Part shown: piece by piece, positions 24,512 through 35,660 of the stretch | How positions within the stretch are numbered: the stretch's first letter is position 1 | Layout: every line of letters begins with the position of its first letter | Origin: Amoebophrya sp. A120 | Lineage: Eukaryota; Protista; Dinoflagellata | NCBI GenBank assembly: GCA_905178155.1 | Contig: CAJINV010000001.1 | Coordinates: forward strand, 3,091,675 to 3,155,674 | DNA length: 64,000 nt | Reading direction: 5' to 3' | Made by a program: the position numbers and the translations under genes | Notes under the pieces: model-generated | Databases searched by the model: none | Told to the model about the DNA's origin: nothing | Seen by the model: the letters and a program-made list of their open reading frames with translations, nothing else

Positions 24512-25267
24512 TCAGTCCCCCAATGCGACCTCGAGCATTTTCAGCCGGCGCTGCAAGGCGACCAATGACTGCTGCAATTGCGCATTCTCCACTTTGGTGT
24601 CCGTTATTTCCTTCTGCGTTAGGGCGTTGTCCTGTTTCAGCTTCTTGTAGTAGTCCTGCAACTCTGCGTCGGCTGTAGAAAAATTGTTTCAAGTTTTGTA
24701 GTTCTGTGTAACCTGCTAAGAATTAGGCTGCAAAAGCTTTACATAACATGGACATGCAGGAATCGAACCAACATCTTACCAAAAGCAAATAAACAAGAAG
24801 CAAGCGTCAGCAAACAGAAACAGCGCATACACGCTAAGTAGTACTTTTCTCATGCGCGGCCTGTATTGTGGCCTTCATTTTGTCGAGCATACCCTGAACC
24901 ACCTCGTCCTGTGCGGGCTCAGCACCGTCGGCCCTGGGTTGAATAAAAGGGTTGATTCTTGCCATAGGGTCGAGAGTGAGAAGGGAGAGCTCGTACCAAG
25001 CATCTGCATTTGCAAAAACAAATGCAAATGTTCTGGTCCGTCGTACAGTAATTCAAAAGAATACTCTAATTATTCGCGGACAAAGAAAAGCAAACCAGCA
25101 AGTAAGTACTTCAGTTCTTCTATCCTTTTCCTGGCCGTCTTTATTTCTCCCTCCACCACCTCCTCTAACTGGAGGATTTGTGATCGCAACCCGCTCGAGG
25201 CTATCTCCAATTCGCCAACGTTGCGAGAGCTTGGCAGCTTGCCACCACCCTCCAACTGAGACTCCAT
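24512..25267 (-). CDS. Small coiled-coil hypothetical protein; 3 exons (GT-AG introns 25033-25109 and 24673-24844)
   Basis: Phase-compatible canonical splicing gives MESQ...IEELKTFAFVFANADAWYE...AAHEKTDAELQDYYKKLKQDN...LEVALGD*. Confidence 0.6.
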
Positions 25268-25882
25268 CGTTTGGGATGCGAACTTATGGTGTCACAAGAC
25301 GTTGCTAGTATTGTGAGAAGACCAAGACATTGACTCGCGTGTAGTACTATTCTGCTTTCCATCTTGATGTTGATCTCCCTCACGCAAAGTTTTATAATCT
25401 TCCTGTGCTGGCACCGCTCATTTGATCATTTTCACTGTAATTTGGACGTCTCTCGTAGATACGTTCCCTGCCTCTGGATCCTCTCAAGAACATGGCTGAG
25501 AATTCCAGTGGTGCGAGAAGCAAAACCTGGTCCGCTGGCTTCTGCCCACTGGACGCCGTGTTGACACGGCTACGAGTCCAGTCGTCGAGGTTGTAAAGTT
25601 AATTGGCAATCTTTGAGTTTTAGAAGCAACAAGTGTTATACAGTGCGGAAAGTTCTTCTTGGTCAATTCTCGCAAGCCGATTTTTTGTACAAAAAGCAAA
25701 CCAACACACTAGGAGAGAAAATGAGCACGAAAGCCGCATCGATCTTTCCAGCGCATAGAGTACGGTACAGTTTTTTGTAGCAAACCAAATTGAAGAAAGC
25801 GGATGAACAACAAGCTTTGTGGCAATAAACAAGAGTGATGATGTACTATCAACAAATCATATATTGGCATGTGCGACAGCTA

Positions 25883-27231
25883 TTATTTGCTTCCCACTTT
25901 TTTCACTTTCCCGCCGTTCTTCCAATCCCTGATCGGGAAGATGTGTTGCAGCGAGCCAACTTGCCGTGAAGAATCCGGTGGCGGCCGAAGCTTCGGTTGC
26001 GCTAAAACGTTTATTACAATGAAAAATGCCCCCACCCCCGAACTTGAAAGCATTTGTATTGCAAACCTTTCCAAATGAAACATTCGCCCTCTTGCATGTA
26101 TCAGCATCACAGATTTCCGATCGTGAATAGCAAAAATTTGTATTGCAAAAGAACCCAGCGAGAGCGGTGCTTGTCATGCAAGCGATGCGAAACACGACTA
26201 GAATCTGCATCAGAAAGATTCATACTCTTTTCATGCATGACAAAAAGTTTTCATTTGGAATCTTAGCATCACAAATTTTTGCAACTTTGGGGGTGGGGGG
26301 CACTTTTCACTGTAATAACGTTCTCCATAAATTCCTCGAACTCATCCGGAGGAACCGTCAGATCTGGCATGTATCCTGAGTATAAACGTCCCCACACCAT
26401 AGTGAAGTTGGGATCTCTGCAACACAGATCCAGGAGTTTTGGATGCCACGCATGACAAGTTGCAGCCCGTAGTGTAGTGCAGGTTAGCAAGGACAGCCGC
26501 ATCACAAATCGAGATGCGTATCCTATTTACAGCATTACAAATTCCAAAACACGACTGGAAGTGCCCATCATAGGGATGCGCATCACAAATGTTCTTGTCA
26601 TTGCAAATCTGCATGACAACTCTGGGGTGGGGATGTTTTTACATAGGATAGCATGCTCCGCATGATCTGCAGGCGATGGTCCACGTCAGATATCGCGTGC
26701 GTTACCGTCCTTGACTTACCCTGCATCACACCGAAAAGACCACGAGTGCTCTTCTGTGCGACGACGCACCTGTTGTTTATGGATTGGACGTGCGATGTCA
26801 TACTGAATTTGCTGAAGGAGTTTCAAGTAATATCTTTCTTGAATCAGGATCGCTCGAGTTCTTGAACATTTGGATTGGCGAGTGATGTGTTCGGGTTTAC
26901 GTTTTGCATGATTCCATTCAAATTCAACCGGCTGAAATAAGACAATAAATTACCTCTTCTGCAGCCTATAATATTGCTCTGCCAGCTCGGGCGTTTCTAC
27001 TGTGCAGCGCTTTCTCGATATGTTCCTTAGTCGTGGCGCCCCGGATGGCTTTAATCCGGCCCGGTAAAACGTACCACCGCTCTTCATGCCGTCGTGCAAG
27101 CAGACGACCGGCGCCATGTCTATCGCCCGGACCTGGGCGCTTGCCTCTTTGTTCCGCCACTCTGGGGGTGGACCCAGTGGGGGCTTCGGAAGCTTGAACG
27201 GCTCGAGCTTCGTTCGACCTTCGCGCGTCAT
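25883..27231 (-). CDS. Hypothetical protein; 4 exons (GT-AG intron 26770-26953, introners 26372-26650 and 26012-26317)
   Basis: Four short ORF pieces join in frame: YRLQKR-CVVAQK...IMRSM-PDLTVPPDEFEEFMENV-LAQPKL...GSK*. Confidence 0.65.
26012..26317. mobile_element. TIR introner, family E (306 bp)
   Basis: TSD acgtt; TIR tattaca(a/g)tgaaaa(a/g)tgcccc.cacccc. Confidence 0.92.
26372..26650. mobile_element. TIR introner, family D (279 bp)
   Basis: TSD gcatg; TIR tatcct..gta.aaac.tccccac.cca.agt. Confidence 0.92.
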
Positions 27232-28205
27232 CTTTATTTCCTCTTGCAATTTAGGTCAACGAAAATTCTTCAGGCACCTGCTACAGTAACGATCCTTGTC
27301 TTCCTTCTACGAAAGATGTAAAAGAATCTAGGTTGTAGCTCGCGTTCAACATACACTAAGTGTAAGCCCTGAGTTTGGAAGTGTTCGTATCGGGAGGACG
27401 TCGACCGTCCTTTACAACTATTTTTGTACTACACACTATGTAGTATCTCCGTTGGGGCCTGACGATATGAAAATTATGTAGAGTGATCGGATACGGCAAG
27501 ATCCCACCCTGCCCCCCACCCTCTCGCCCAGGTACGACTGCATGCTGGCCCTGCTTCCCTAGTACGAAAACGAATTGTAAGTCCGAGAGCTATGCGGGCG
27601 ACTTCTGTCCCATTTCATGTTGAACGAGTGTTGTCGCACGATCGTACGCTTTTTGTGGAATTATATCGTCCACGTAATTGTTTTCTCTGCAGCTATTGCT
27701 ACAAAATTAACATGAAAAACTCACCGAAATTTCAAAGCTGTGGCCAGGGCACGGTCGCGGAACCAAAGTGAACGAACACGTAGTCAGGACGAAATTAGTA
27801 ATAGGCTCAGTCTCGCTTTGATGATGGGAAGTTTCTTTTTTAATACTTGTTGGAAGCACTGCATCCTGCACATAAAGAAAGTCCGTGTAGTTGACATTCT
27901 ACTGCATGTTGAGCAGTGTTCAGCCGGTGCTTCTTGCACTAGCTGTATCATCCAGAATAAACACTGAATTTTTAAAAGCGAATATCACTCTTCTCCAAGA
28001 TCTCAAGCGTCTTGTTGAAAGGAAGATTTTCGACCTATCTTTCTATCATACACACGTGACCACGATGTGACGATCTATCTTACACCGAACGCAAAAGTCG
28101 TCCCAAAAAACGAATAAAAGCGAGCAGTTTGACTGCGGTGCGGCGTTGCAGAGCTGCGTCAATTCAAGGAGGACGATGAAGAACATCAAAAACCCTTACA
28201 ACTAC

Positions 28206-30298
28206 TCAATTCGGTAAGTCGTTGTCACCGACCGAGCTCGCCAAGTCCGCGACGATGTTCTTCTGATGGGCCTCCAAAGTCCCACCCCCGATTTCCAACA
28301 GCTTCGCGTCCCGCCACAACCGCTCCACCACGTACTCGCCGACGTAGCCGTAGCCCCCGTGCACCTGGATCGCCCGGTCGCACACCCGGGTAGCCATCTT
28401 GGTAGCGACTAATTTGATCGCGTCCGAGTCGATCCGCTGACCCGCTTTGTCCAGGTCGGTGGACTGGGCCACGTTGTACAACAGCGAACGCGAGGCCATC
28501 CACTCGGCGTAGGAGGTGGCAATGTGGCTGTGTTGAGGATTTTTGAAGAAACGTTTATGTTGTGCATCAGCATCGTTTTTGTGTTTTCATATTCACGTGC
28601 GATCGAGGACGCATGATTTTTCGCAACTGCGATTTCGTACAGCTAGAGCTATCCCCGAACGCGGAAAGACGATATTCAATCTCATGTCTAAGTTTATACT
28701 CTTGCATCTGTCCGAAGCTGTCGATCGGCTTGCCAAACGCTATCCTTTCCCGTGCGTGCTTCCGCATAGCGTCAATGGCTCGGCGCGCGATGCCGCAGCT
28801 CATCGCGGCCAAAACGATCCTTTCGATCTCCAGATTTCGCATCATGGGCACCATGCCGCCGTGCAGGTCGCCGACCAGGTTTTCCTTGGGGACTTTGCAG
28901 TTGTCAAAGACTAGCTCAGCCGTGTTGGACGCCCGCATGCCGCACTTGTCTTTGATCTTCTGACCGAGGGAAAACCCTTCAAAATTCTTCTCCACGAGAA
29001 ACAGCGAAATCGATTTCCTGGCTTCTTTCGCGTCCGATATCCCCGCTGTCTCCGCCGTGTTGGCGTACACGAGGAAGACATCCCCAAGCTCGTCATCGGT
29101 TTTACACCCGTTCGTAATCCACATTTTGTTGCCGGAGAGCAAGTAGTGGTCCCCCTTGTCGATCGCTTTGGTCTTCAACCCGAGGACGTCGGTCCCGGCA
29201 CCGGGCTCGGACATACCTGATTGTTTTTGTATTCCAGTTTGTTCCATGCGCATGCCCAAACTCAGAAACCTTAGCCCTATCAACGTGGATATGGATGACA
29301 CGAAAATACAGCAGTAGAGCCGTGACGCCTATTATTCGTCCCCTCAATGGTCAAAAAATACTATACCCATGCCGCCGATCCACTCCCCGGAGATGGTTTT
29401 CGGCAGGTATTTTTGTTTCTGCAGCTCGTTTCCGTTGTGATACAGATTGTGGACGAACAGGAGACTGTGCGCTAAGTAGCTGAGGCAAAACGCCGGGTCG
29501 CTGTAGGAGAGCTCTTCGTGGATAATGCAGGCCGCTACCGCGTCGAACCCTGCCCCGCCGTACTTTTCCGACACCATCGGGCCTAATAAGCCGAGCTCGC
29601 TGCCGAGTCGCTGGAAATATGCACTGCAAAAAATGTATCCTATCGTACTCGTATAAATGCATTACAAACTTTCTTCCTCAGCATGAGAAATGAAATCTGT
29701 AATGCGGATTTGACTTTAATGCATGATTGCAATACGAGTACGATACTTTTGCAGTGCATAGGAAAAGCTCGAAGTTGAACTTTTCCGCGCGGTTGAAGTC
29801 CAACGCCTGGGGTTCGACCTCGTTCTTCGCGAATTCGCGGACGATTTGCCGAAGTTGTTCGTGCTCGTCAGTTGGGGTAAAGAGGTTAAAGGGGGGGATA
29901 GCGTCTTCCTCTTGTGCTAAGGTTGATACTGACGGGACTGAAGAATTGTCCACTGGGGCAGGATCATGCCGCTGATCTGGTGCACCAGCTGGGTAGTTGT
30001 CGATTGCTGGCTTCTGTGCAGCTGCTGCTGCAGCCGTGGAGAAGTTGTGCTGTTGGTCGCCTGTTCGTTTTGTAGTCGAACTGAAAAAGCGTGAGGATGA
30101 TGAACTAGATCCTGAACTTGACGTCCTTGCGCACAGAAACTTCTGCGAAAGCCGTGGTTGCTCTTTGGCCCCGTTCACGTTTAATAGCAAGGGAGCCGTG
30201 CTTGAACTAGCGGTCGGCTGACCGTTGAACGAAGTAGCCGCGGCGCGAGTGAGTGCTCGCTGGTGCTGTTTCGCTGCAACGGAGAGTCTTGAGGCCAT
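28206..30298 (-). CDS. IVD: Isovaleryl-CoA dehydrogenase (mitochondrial acyl-CoA dehydrogenase); 4 exons (introner 29618-29760; GT-AG introns 29217-29366 and 28528-28699)
   Basis: Mitochondrial-type leader; LSYLAHSLL, GGMGMSEPGAGTDV, GNKMWITNG, KCGMRASNTAELVF, LEIERIVLA, QVHGGYGY, RDAKLLEIGGGT. Confidence 0.88.
29618..29760. mobile_element. TIR introner, family B (143 bp, inverted relative to 10410 and 45106), in IVD
   Basis: TSD ggaaa; TIR tatgcactgcaaaa...tatcgtactcgtat; excision gives FNFELF-QRLGSELGLLG. Confidence 0.92.
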
Positions 30299-31292
30299 TT
30301 TCAAAGAAACGGATCGGTTGTTCAGACGATTCTAGCAGAAAAAAAAACGAAGTTTCGCTTGTTTAGAAACGATATTCAGACAATGACTCAGACGATCCAA
30401 TTAGTCCAGCACGCACATTTCATCGTGCTGAGACGTTCAGGAGGCGAAGGAATGGTGCTGTGGGCTCCAAAGTGATGAAAACATTATATGATACATGGCT
30501 TCAATGTTTCGGTGGGATGTCTGATGTGCGGGGAGATTCTATCATCTTGTATTCATCGTGGGGAAGCTGCTAGTATGTAGCTCAAGCACCATGTTGATGT
30601 ATACCAGTTAACAAGGAACGCTCCTCTCTTAGAATTCTTTACAAACCTTACACATGATCTCACTCCCGTGTTCGTGGTGCCCTCATTTGACGATCACGAA
30701 CACCCACCTGCATCAGTGCCTTCTCATCCGAAGAAGCAAAATCGTCTCGTTGGCACTGGAATCTAGACTGCTGAAAATCTTCATCAGATTTGTAAGTACT
30801 GTCCATGCAAATTAAGCTTTGCTTGAGGTTTCAAGTAGCCAAAAAGCGAGCGCCACGCCGAGTCTCTGAAGATATAATCAAGCAAATCGATGCGCCAGAA
30901 GGGTGCAATAAAGTAGTCATTCATTTTACGTAGCCTATGTCGCTATTGTAGTGTACAGTTTCTGCAAATACGGTTTATTGTTTGTAGGGCTTTACTTCCG
31001 GTACTGTTTCTTGTATGTGCGTTTTGAGTAATCATGAATTGTGAGGCGGGAAGACAGAGTCCACTGTTTTCATCGGAGCGCCATTATCTTCAGAAGTGTA
31101 TATTTATCTGTCGTGCCGCTGTTCCTGTTTTTGAACTTCTCCGATACAAGAAGAACTCTTCGAATCTGATGACTCCCAGTCCTATAGTGCGGGCGCGATA
31201 CATTTTGGAAAATAGTCGTAGTCCGCGACGATAACTTCGTACTGGCAGTGCAGTTAGTGGCGCAACCCACACTCAAACAAATACGTCACTTA

Positions 31293-34200
31293 TCAAACTC
31301 GCTTTTTCGCTTCGGTTTCACCAACTACCTGCTCACAGTCCTTGACTTTCTTCGTTTCGTAGTCCAGTTCGTACACGCCAAATTGCTTTTTCAAGTCCAA
31401 AAACTCCTTCGGGTGAATGATCCAGTGTTCGTAAAAGTCCAACAGGTCGGTAAACGGGTCGGTGAGGATTTTCAAAAACCATTCCCATCCGCGCACCCAC
31501 CCAAACTCGTGCACGATGTCGGCGAAATGGGGCACGATCGTGAACAGACCCGACAACACCACAAATTGCTCGTCCGACAAGCTGCAGAACTGAAACTCCG
31601 TCGGATTCTGCTCCAGAATTCGGTAGTTTTTCCTCGCTTCCTCCAATCCGCCCCAGTACCCCAACCGCTCCATCATGAAGGGCAGGAAACTGACGCGGTA
31701 GAGCCACACAAAATTTCGCCACGTGCCCAGAGTGGTGTTGATGGACACGAGGATGTATTACAATGAAAAATGCCCCCTCCCAATATCAAAACGGAAATCT
31801 GTGATGCAGATTTGTGGTCACAAATCAGCTTTGTGATGCTAGAAGGGAAGAGATGCGGATTGTAGTGCTGGCTGGCGCAGGGACGCCTTGCGTCTTCAGC
31901 ATGACAGGAAGCAACTGGCAACGGGAAATAGCATGACAAATTGCTCCAAACGATGAAGCAACTGCGCCTCTTGGCCTTCTAGCAATAACGATTTGTGTAC
32001 TCAAATACAGCAACACAAATTTCGTTTTTGATATGGGGAGGGGGGATTTTTCCTTTTGATAGGATGCTTTTCAGGTACACAAACACGTAGATTGCCGCGG
32101 CAATTCCGACCGCGGCGGCCTTCTTCGACCCGTCCTTGTGCCCGAACTTGAGTTTTTCGTAGTTGCGGTCCTGCTTTTCGTAAAAGAAGTGCCCCGCCTG
32201 CCGGAGGACGTGGGTGATGAGAAAGACGAGGAAGCCCTCCTTGTACCAACCAAAATAGCCAATGTAGGTGTAGGCAAAGAGGATCATGAAGACACTGGAC
32301 CAGAAATGCGTAAACTTGTTGACCGGATGGTTATGGGATACCTGGATATGGGAAAGGTGAAATTCGTTCGTGGATCACGCTTCTCGTTTTTCTTTTTTAG
32401 AGTAATGTAAAAATGCTTGGTGAGTGCATCTGAAATTTGACAAAGTGAAGAAGCACAAGCTGTGTAAAAAATCGGAATACCTCAATGTCAATCCGCTTAT
32501 CTTCCATGATTTGGTCGTAGCAGATTCTTAAGTAACTGAACAAAAACTTCTTCGCCAGCAGGAAAAACTGCATCTTTTTCTTCTCGACGAAAAATCCTCG
32601 CTCCTTCATTTGCCTCCCCGCGGTGACAAACGCGGTCAGCAACTGCTTCCTCTCCCCGTCGTGTTTCGCGGTGGTCCAGTCGAGCAAGAGGTTAAACTTT
32701 CCGGTGCTTTGGTTGGTCACAAACACGTTGTTGGCGATCAGGTGCTGCACAAACATCGAGTTGTACAGCGAATCGCACTTAAAATCGAGTGTGAACGTGT
32801 TCGCGAAGTTCCGGAGTTTTAGCGGAATTTTCTCCTTTTCAAAAGCCGCGTTCACTTCCTTGGTGAAAAGATCAAATTTGCCGTTCGCCGTCCGCAGTTC
32901 CGCCGTGGAGATGGTTTCCACCAGTGCGGGTCTGGGGGAATCTTCCTCGATGCCTAGGGAATTTCTGATGTTGTCCTCGATTTTCTGCTTTTTTGCGCCC
33001 ATGATATCTTCGTCAGACGAAGCCGTGGTAGAGGCGGGGGAGTCTCCGTTTGATGTTGAGGAGGTATTAGATCTGGACGGACTTCCTGCACTACTACTTG
33101 TTCCGATCGGAAGTTTCTTCAGCTGCTCTGGGGTCACGAATTTTTCCAGAAACACGTTGGACGACACGATGCCCATCGGGTACGCGGAGAGCGTTCCGAC
33201 GACCTTGTTGATATGAAAGTGTCAGAATCGAAATTGACAAAATCGAAAAATTTGTGATGCACGAAATGCATGACGCGAAGTACGTGTGTTGCAGAGCAGG
33301 CAAGTGAGCCCGATTGTAAGCCTGTTTTGGGTTATAGCTCGAGCTGCTAAAGCAGCATGAGAGAATCAGCCTTCTTTGCCTAAACAGCATTACAAACTGG
33401 ATTTAAGCACCACCAGAATTTGTCATGCGCCACTTAGAAACTGGGCGCGAACTGGAATCCATTTTATGCATGGCAAATCATTTCGATTTTGTCAATTTCG
33501 ATTCTGACACTTCCATAGTTGATCTTCAACAGGTAGTCAGGATCGTAGTTCATCGCAAAAGCCTTCTTCCCGCAGATCACCGACAACGGCAAGCCGGCGG
33601 CCACGCCCTTGCCCAGAATGATCTGGTCCGGGTCCAGAGGCTGATTGGTTTTGCTGCGGAAGTACTGGAAGGAAAACAGCTCCGGAGTGCGGAAGGCGAA
33701 GTAAATGTCGTCCAGGATAAACGCCATTGGCGTCAGGTACTTGGTACTGTAGTTTTTTGTGATGTTGAAAGCTATAAGCTAAGTACTTACTTACAGCTCT
33801 GTCAGTTATGCTTCATCACTGATTAATTCATCACTCCTTTTCATCTGAGTCGCATTCCCACAAACACTCTCCCACGTGCACTTCCAGGTCGTTGGTCGGA
33901 AAAAAGTTTACTCTAGCGAAGAAAAGCATTTTTCGAAAGACCTGCCTATACCAGTATTTGCACTTCTCGTTTAGCGCATGTAGCCAGTCCGCGTATTCTT
34001 GCCTGGTTGGCAGCGTCCTGGACCGCTTTCCCATGGTCATTTTTTCTCCAGGCGGTGACATGGCGTTGGGTCCCGTGAAAAACATCATCGGGTTCACGAT
34101 GACACCGGCAATCAGGTAGTGGTACTCTTCGAGAAAGAGCAACGTCTCCTCGTCCAGCTCTTTCAAGTAGATCATCTTGTGGTTCTCCCCGAGAGCGCTC

Positions 34201-35660
34201 AGGGCGTCCACGCCCGTGGTGTGCCTATGACTTGCAAAAGTATCGTACTCGTATAAAAGCATTACAAATTTCCTCAGCGTGAGAAATGAAATTTGCAATG
34301 CGGATTTACCTTAAGAGAAAGATCTGTGCTGCATGATTGCAATTACTACGAGTACGATACTTTTGCACAGGATAGTGCCCGTGGTAGGCAGATTTGAATC
34401 GAACGATGTACTTCTTTCCGGTACTCAGACGCACGTCCTGTTAGTATGGTTTTGTTAGTCTTTAATAATTTCAAAACCGCAGCAGAACTGCGCCGCTCGT
34501 TTTTTTCATTGTCCTCTTCGGAAGTAGGTCTAAGTGTCTACGTTGGGGTGGACGATAACGATATCAAATCATATGGCACCTTCAGGCACGCGTCCACAGC
34601 TTCGCTCCCGGACAGCGTGTACCGAAACTTTTGCATGCCCGTTAAGGTCTGCCAAAGTCCCATGTTTTTCTCCATCTCGGGATTCTGTGTGATCGCGATG
34701 CTGTTTACGGCGGACTGTGCAAACCGCTTCTGCGCTTCCAGGTGTACCTGCTCATAAAACTGCTTTCCGAACACCCGCACAGCGTCCAGGCTCAGTATGG
34801 CGCTCTCAGCTGTTACGTTCTCAACTGTTACATGATTTGTCATGCAGAACTCTCATCAGTATCACTATCACCAAGCTGCTTCGCATGACAAATTTCCAAA
34901 GGGCTAGACAGCATCTAAATCTGCGCCGTACCTGTAATGCAAAAGGCGCAATCTTCACCATTGCATTTTTGCCATTCTTGCATTGCAAACTCATGTAACA
35001 GTTGAGAAGGTAACAGTTGAGAATGCCATACTCAAATACAGCATCTTGTGTGTCTTCTCGCCCGGCGCCGCACTGCAGACCACCGTGCACCCGTCGTCCT
35101 CGACGGATTCCACGCGGTTGGGATACTTCCGCTCTAGCTCTTTCAACAGCGGGAACAAGACCTGGGGTGGAGTTGTGTATGATTTTCTTCAGATCGCAGG
35201 ATGAAGCGCACTTTCAACAAGGGGGCAATGGCAAAAATAGGTATGAAAAGAAAAGCGCGACTCATTTCATTTTTTAACCATCCCGTTTTTGTACCTTCAC
35301 TTTCTTGAATCTGCAGTCGACGAGCTGTGTGTTGGCGCAGTGCAAATGCTCCAGTTTTTGCAGATCTTGGCAGAGGTCCGCGAAGCCCGCCCTCCGTCTT
35401 TTCAACGTGTCGCCGTCGCAACCGTCGAGGGAAAGAACTGTGTCCTCGTCCTTGAATGGACGGAAGTAGATCATCTCCTGGAAAAAGTCGAACAGCGTGC
35501 ATTTCACGTAGTTGCTCCGCCGGAGAAGAACGTAGGCCTCTTGGAGTCGTCGCTTGAACAGCGCCGCAAACACGTAGAGTGCGAGGAAAAGCAGGATCGT
35601 GGGAGGCGCCGATCCAACGACGCCACCAGTGTCGCTGGGCGACGAATCGACGTCGGGCAT
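31293..35660 (-). CDS. Class-III PLP aminotransferase (GSA aminomutase-like) fused to a C-terminal His-rich multi-TM domain; 9 exons (4 GT-AG introns, 4 introners)
   Basis: LSGSEAVDACLK, RFKSAYHGH, AGVIVNP, FILDDIYFAFR, DQIILGKGVAAGLP (PLP Lys), VVGTLSAYP; C-terminal SHNHPVNKFTH...LRQAGHFFYE. GT-AG introns 35162-35294, 34438-34579, 33747-33951, 32342-32480. Confidence 0.8.
31756..32061. mobile_element. TIR introner, family E-like (306 bp)
   Basis: TSD ggatg; left tattacaatgaaaaatgccccctccc, right (rc) tatcaaaaggaaaaatccccccctccc; excision gives YLKSI-LVSINTT. Confidence 0.9.
33212..33517. mobile_element. TIR introner, family G (306 bp)
   Basis: TSD gttga; about 37-bp TIR tatg(a/g)aagtgtcagaatcgaaattgacaaaatcgaaa; excision gives LLKIN-KVVGTLS. 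Confidence 0.93.
34226..34374. mobile_element. TIR introner, family B (149 bp)
   Basis: TSD gtgcc; TIR tgcaaaagtatcgtactcgta; excision gives AYHGH-TTGVD. Confidence 0.92.
34796..35030. mobile_element. TIR introner, family F (235 bp), one-mismatch TSD
   Basis: Flanks ctcag/ctcaa; TIR tatggc..tctca.ctgttac.ttctcaactgttacatga; excision gives KMLYLS-LDAVRV. Confidence 0.9.

Noticed and set aside
26932-26953. 22-nt GT-AG mini-intron
   Set aside because: Using this acceptor leads to an in-frame stop; the acceptor at 26770 keeps the frame
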